Assembly: GCA_003444595.1 (NCBI GenBank)
Contig: DLUO01000072.1
Location: 1 to 27,551 of the forward strand
Length of the DNA stretch: 27,551 nucleotides
Direction of reading: 5' to 3'
DNA from: Bacillota bacterium
Lineage (GTDB): Bacteria; Bacillota; Dethiobacteria; DTU022; UBA8154
The position numbers and the translations under genes are program-made. Position 1 is the first letter of the stretch; each line of letters opens with the position of its first letter. Below are positions 27,249 to 27,551 of this stretch, piece by piece. The notes beneath the pieces were generated by a model. That model was not told the origin of the DNA and did no database searches. It saw only the letters and a list, made by a program, of their open reading frames with translations.

Positions 27249-27532
27249 GCGAAAATAACTTGTTACAGGGCTTATATATGGCCGGGGGGACAGCTGCAGC
27301 ATTACAGCTGGGCCATCGGAAGTCGGAAGACTTTGATTTTTTTTCAGCCGAGCTGCATCCGGAAACACTGGCGAATAGTTTATCGGCAAAAACACAATTT
27401 GAGATATCTTCGGCTACAGCAGGTTCTCTACACGGCTTTATAAACAATGTGAAAATAAGCTTTTTACGATATCCATACCCACTGCTCTTTCCAGCACAGT
27501 CGTTTATGCATGTAACTTTGGCAGATATAAAG
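27197..27532 (+). CDS. AbiEii-family nucleotidyltransferase, second copy, 3'-partial
   Basis: Open frame from TTG 27197 (MFANVLSRERIDLL...GGTAAALQLGHRKSEDFDFF...LADIK) to the adapter. It is absent from the ORF track because it has no stop. Confidence 0.9.
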
Positions 27533-27551
27533 CTGTCTCTTATACACATCT
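27533..27551 (+). other. Nextera/Tn5 mosaic-end adapter (library artefact)
   Basis: Exact CTGTCTCTTATACACATCT, starting where identity with copy 1 (…GATATAAAG|GACATT) breaks. Confidence 0.98.

Larger units (their letters stand above)
26875..27532. repeat. ~655-bp direct repeat, copy 2 (truncated by contig end)
   Basis: Aligns with 24935-25589 and stops exactly where the adapter begins. Confidence 0.95.

Noticed and set aside
1-27551. CRISPR arrays, tRNA or rRNA genes
   Set aside because: I saw no regularly spaced short repeats and no cloverleaf or rRNA signatures.

Overview
A 27.5-kb accessory-type region from what looks like an anaerobic Firmicute (sigma-A promoters, a T-box leader, AOR-like and hemerythrin genes). 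It appears to be a whole contig, starting inside an IS3-family transposase and ending in a Nextera/Tn5 adapter. Intact genes, left to right: SIMPL/DUF541 protein, DUF1648 membrane protein, DUF6485 small Cys-rich protein, dinB, a tyrosine phenol-lyase/tryptophanase-family enzyme behind a complete Tyr(UAC) T-box riboswitch, a dCache methyl-accepting chemotaxis protein, a membrane protein, a hemerythrin-cheX pair, a six-gene operon (Opp/Dpp/Nik-type ABC importer plus a degenerate aldehyde:ferredoxin oxidoreductase-like protein), a heterodimeric ABC exporter, and two ~97%-identical copies of a DUF6922/AbiEii-type nucleotidyltransferase module flanking an SplB-like radical SAM gene. Many spacers are gene debris (nitrilase, IS3 integrase, HD-GYP, DUF1848, MarR-like tail, lipoproteins). 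The best candidates for new biology are (1) a starvation-activated Tyr T-box controlling a TPL-type lyase, implying use in tyrosine synthesis from phenol rather than catabolism, and (2) a probable pseudo-enzyme AOR co-transcribed with an ABC importer. All family calls come from motif recognition by eye; no database searches were run.
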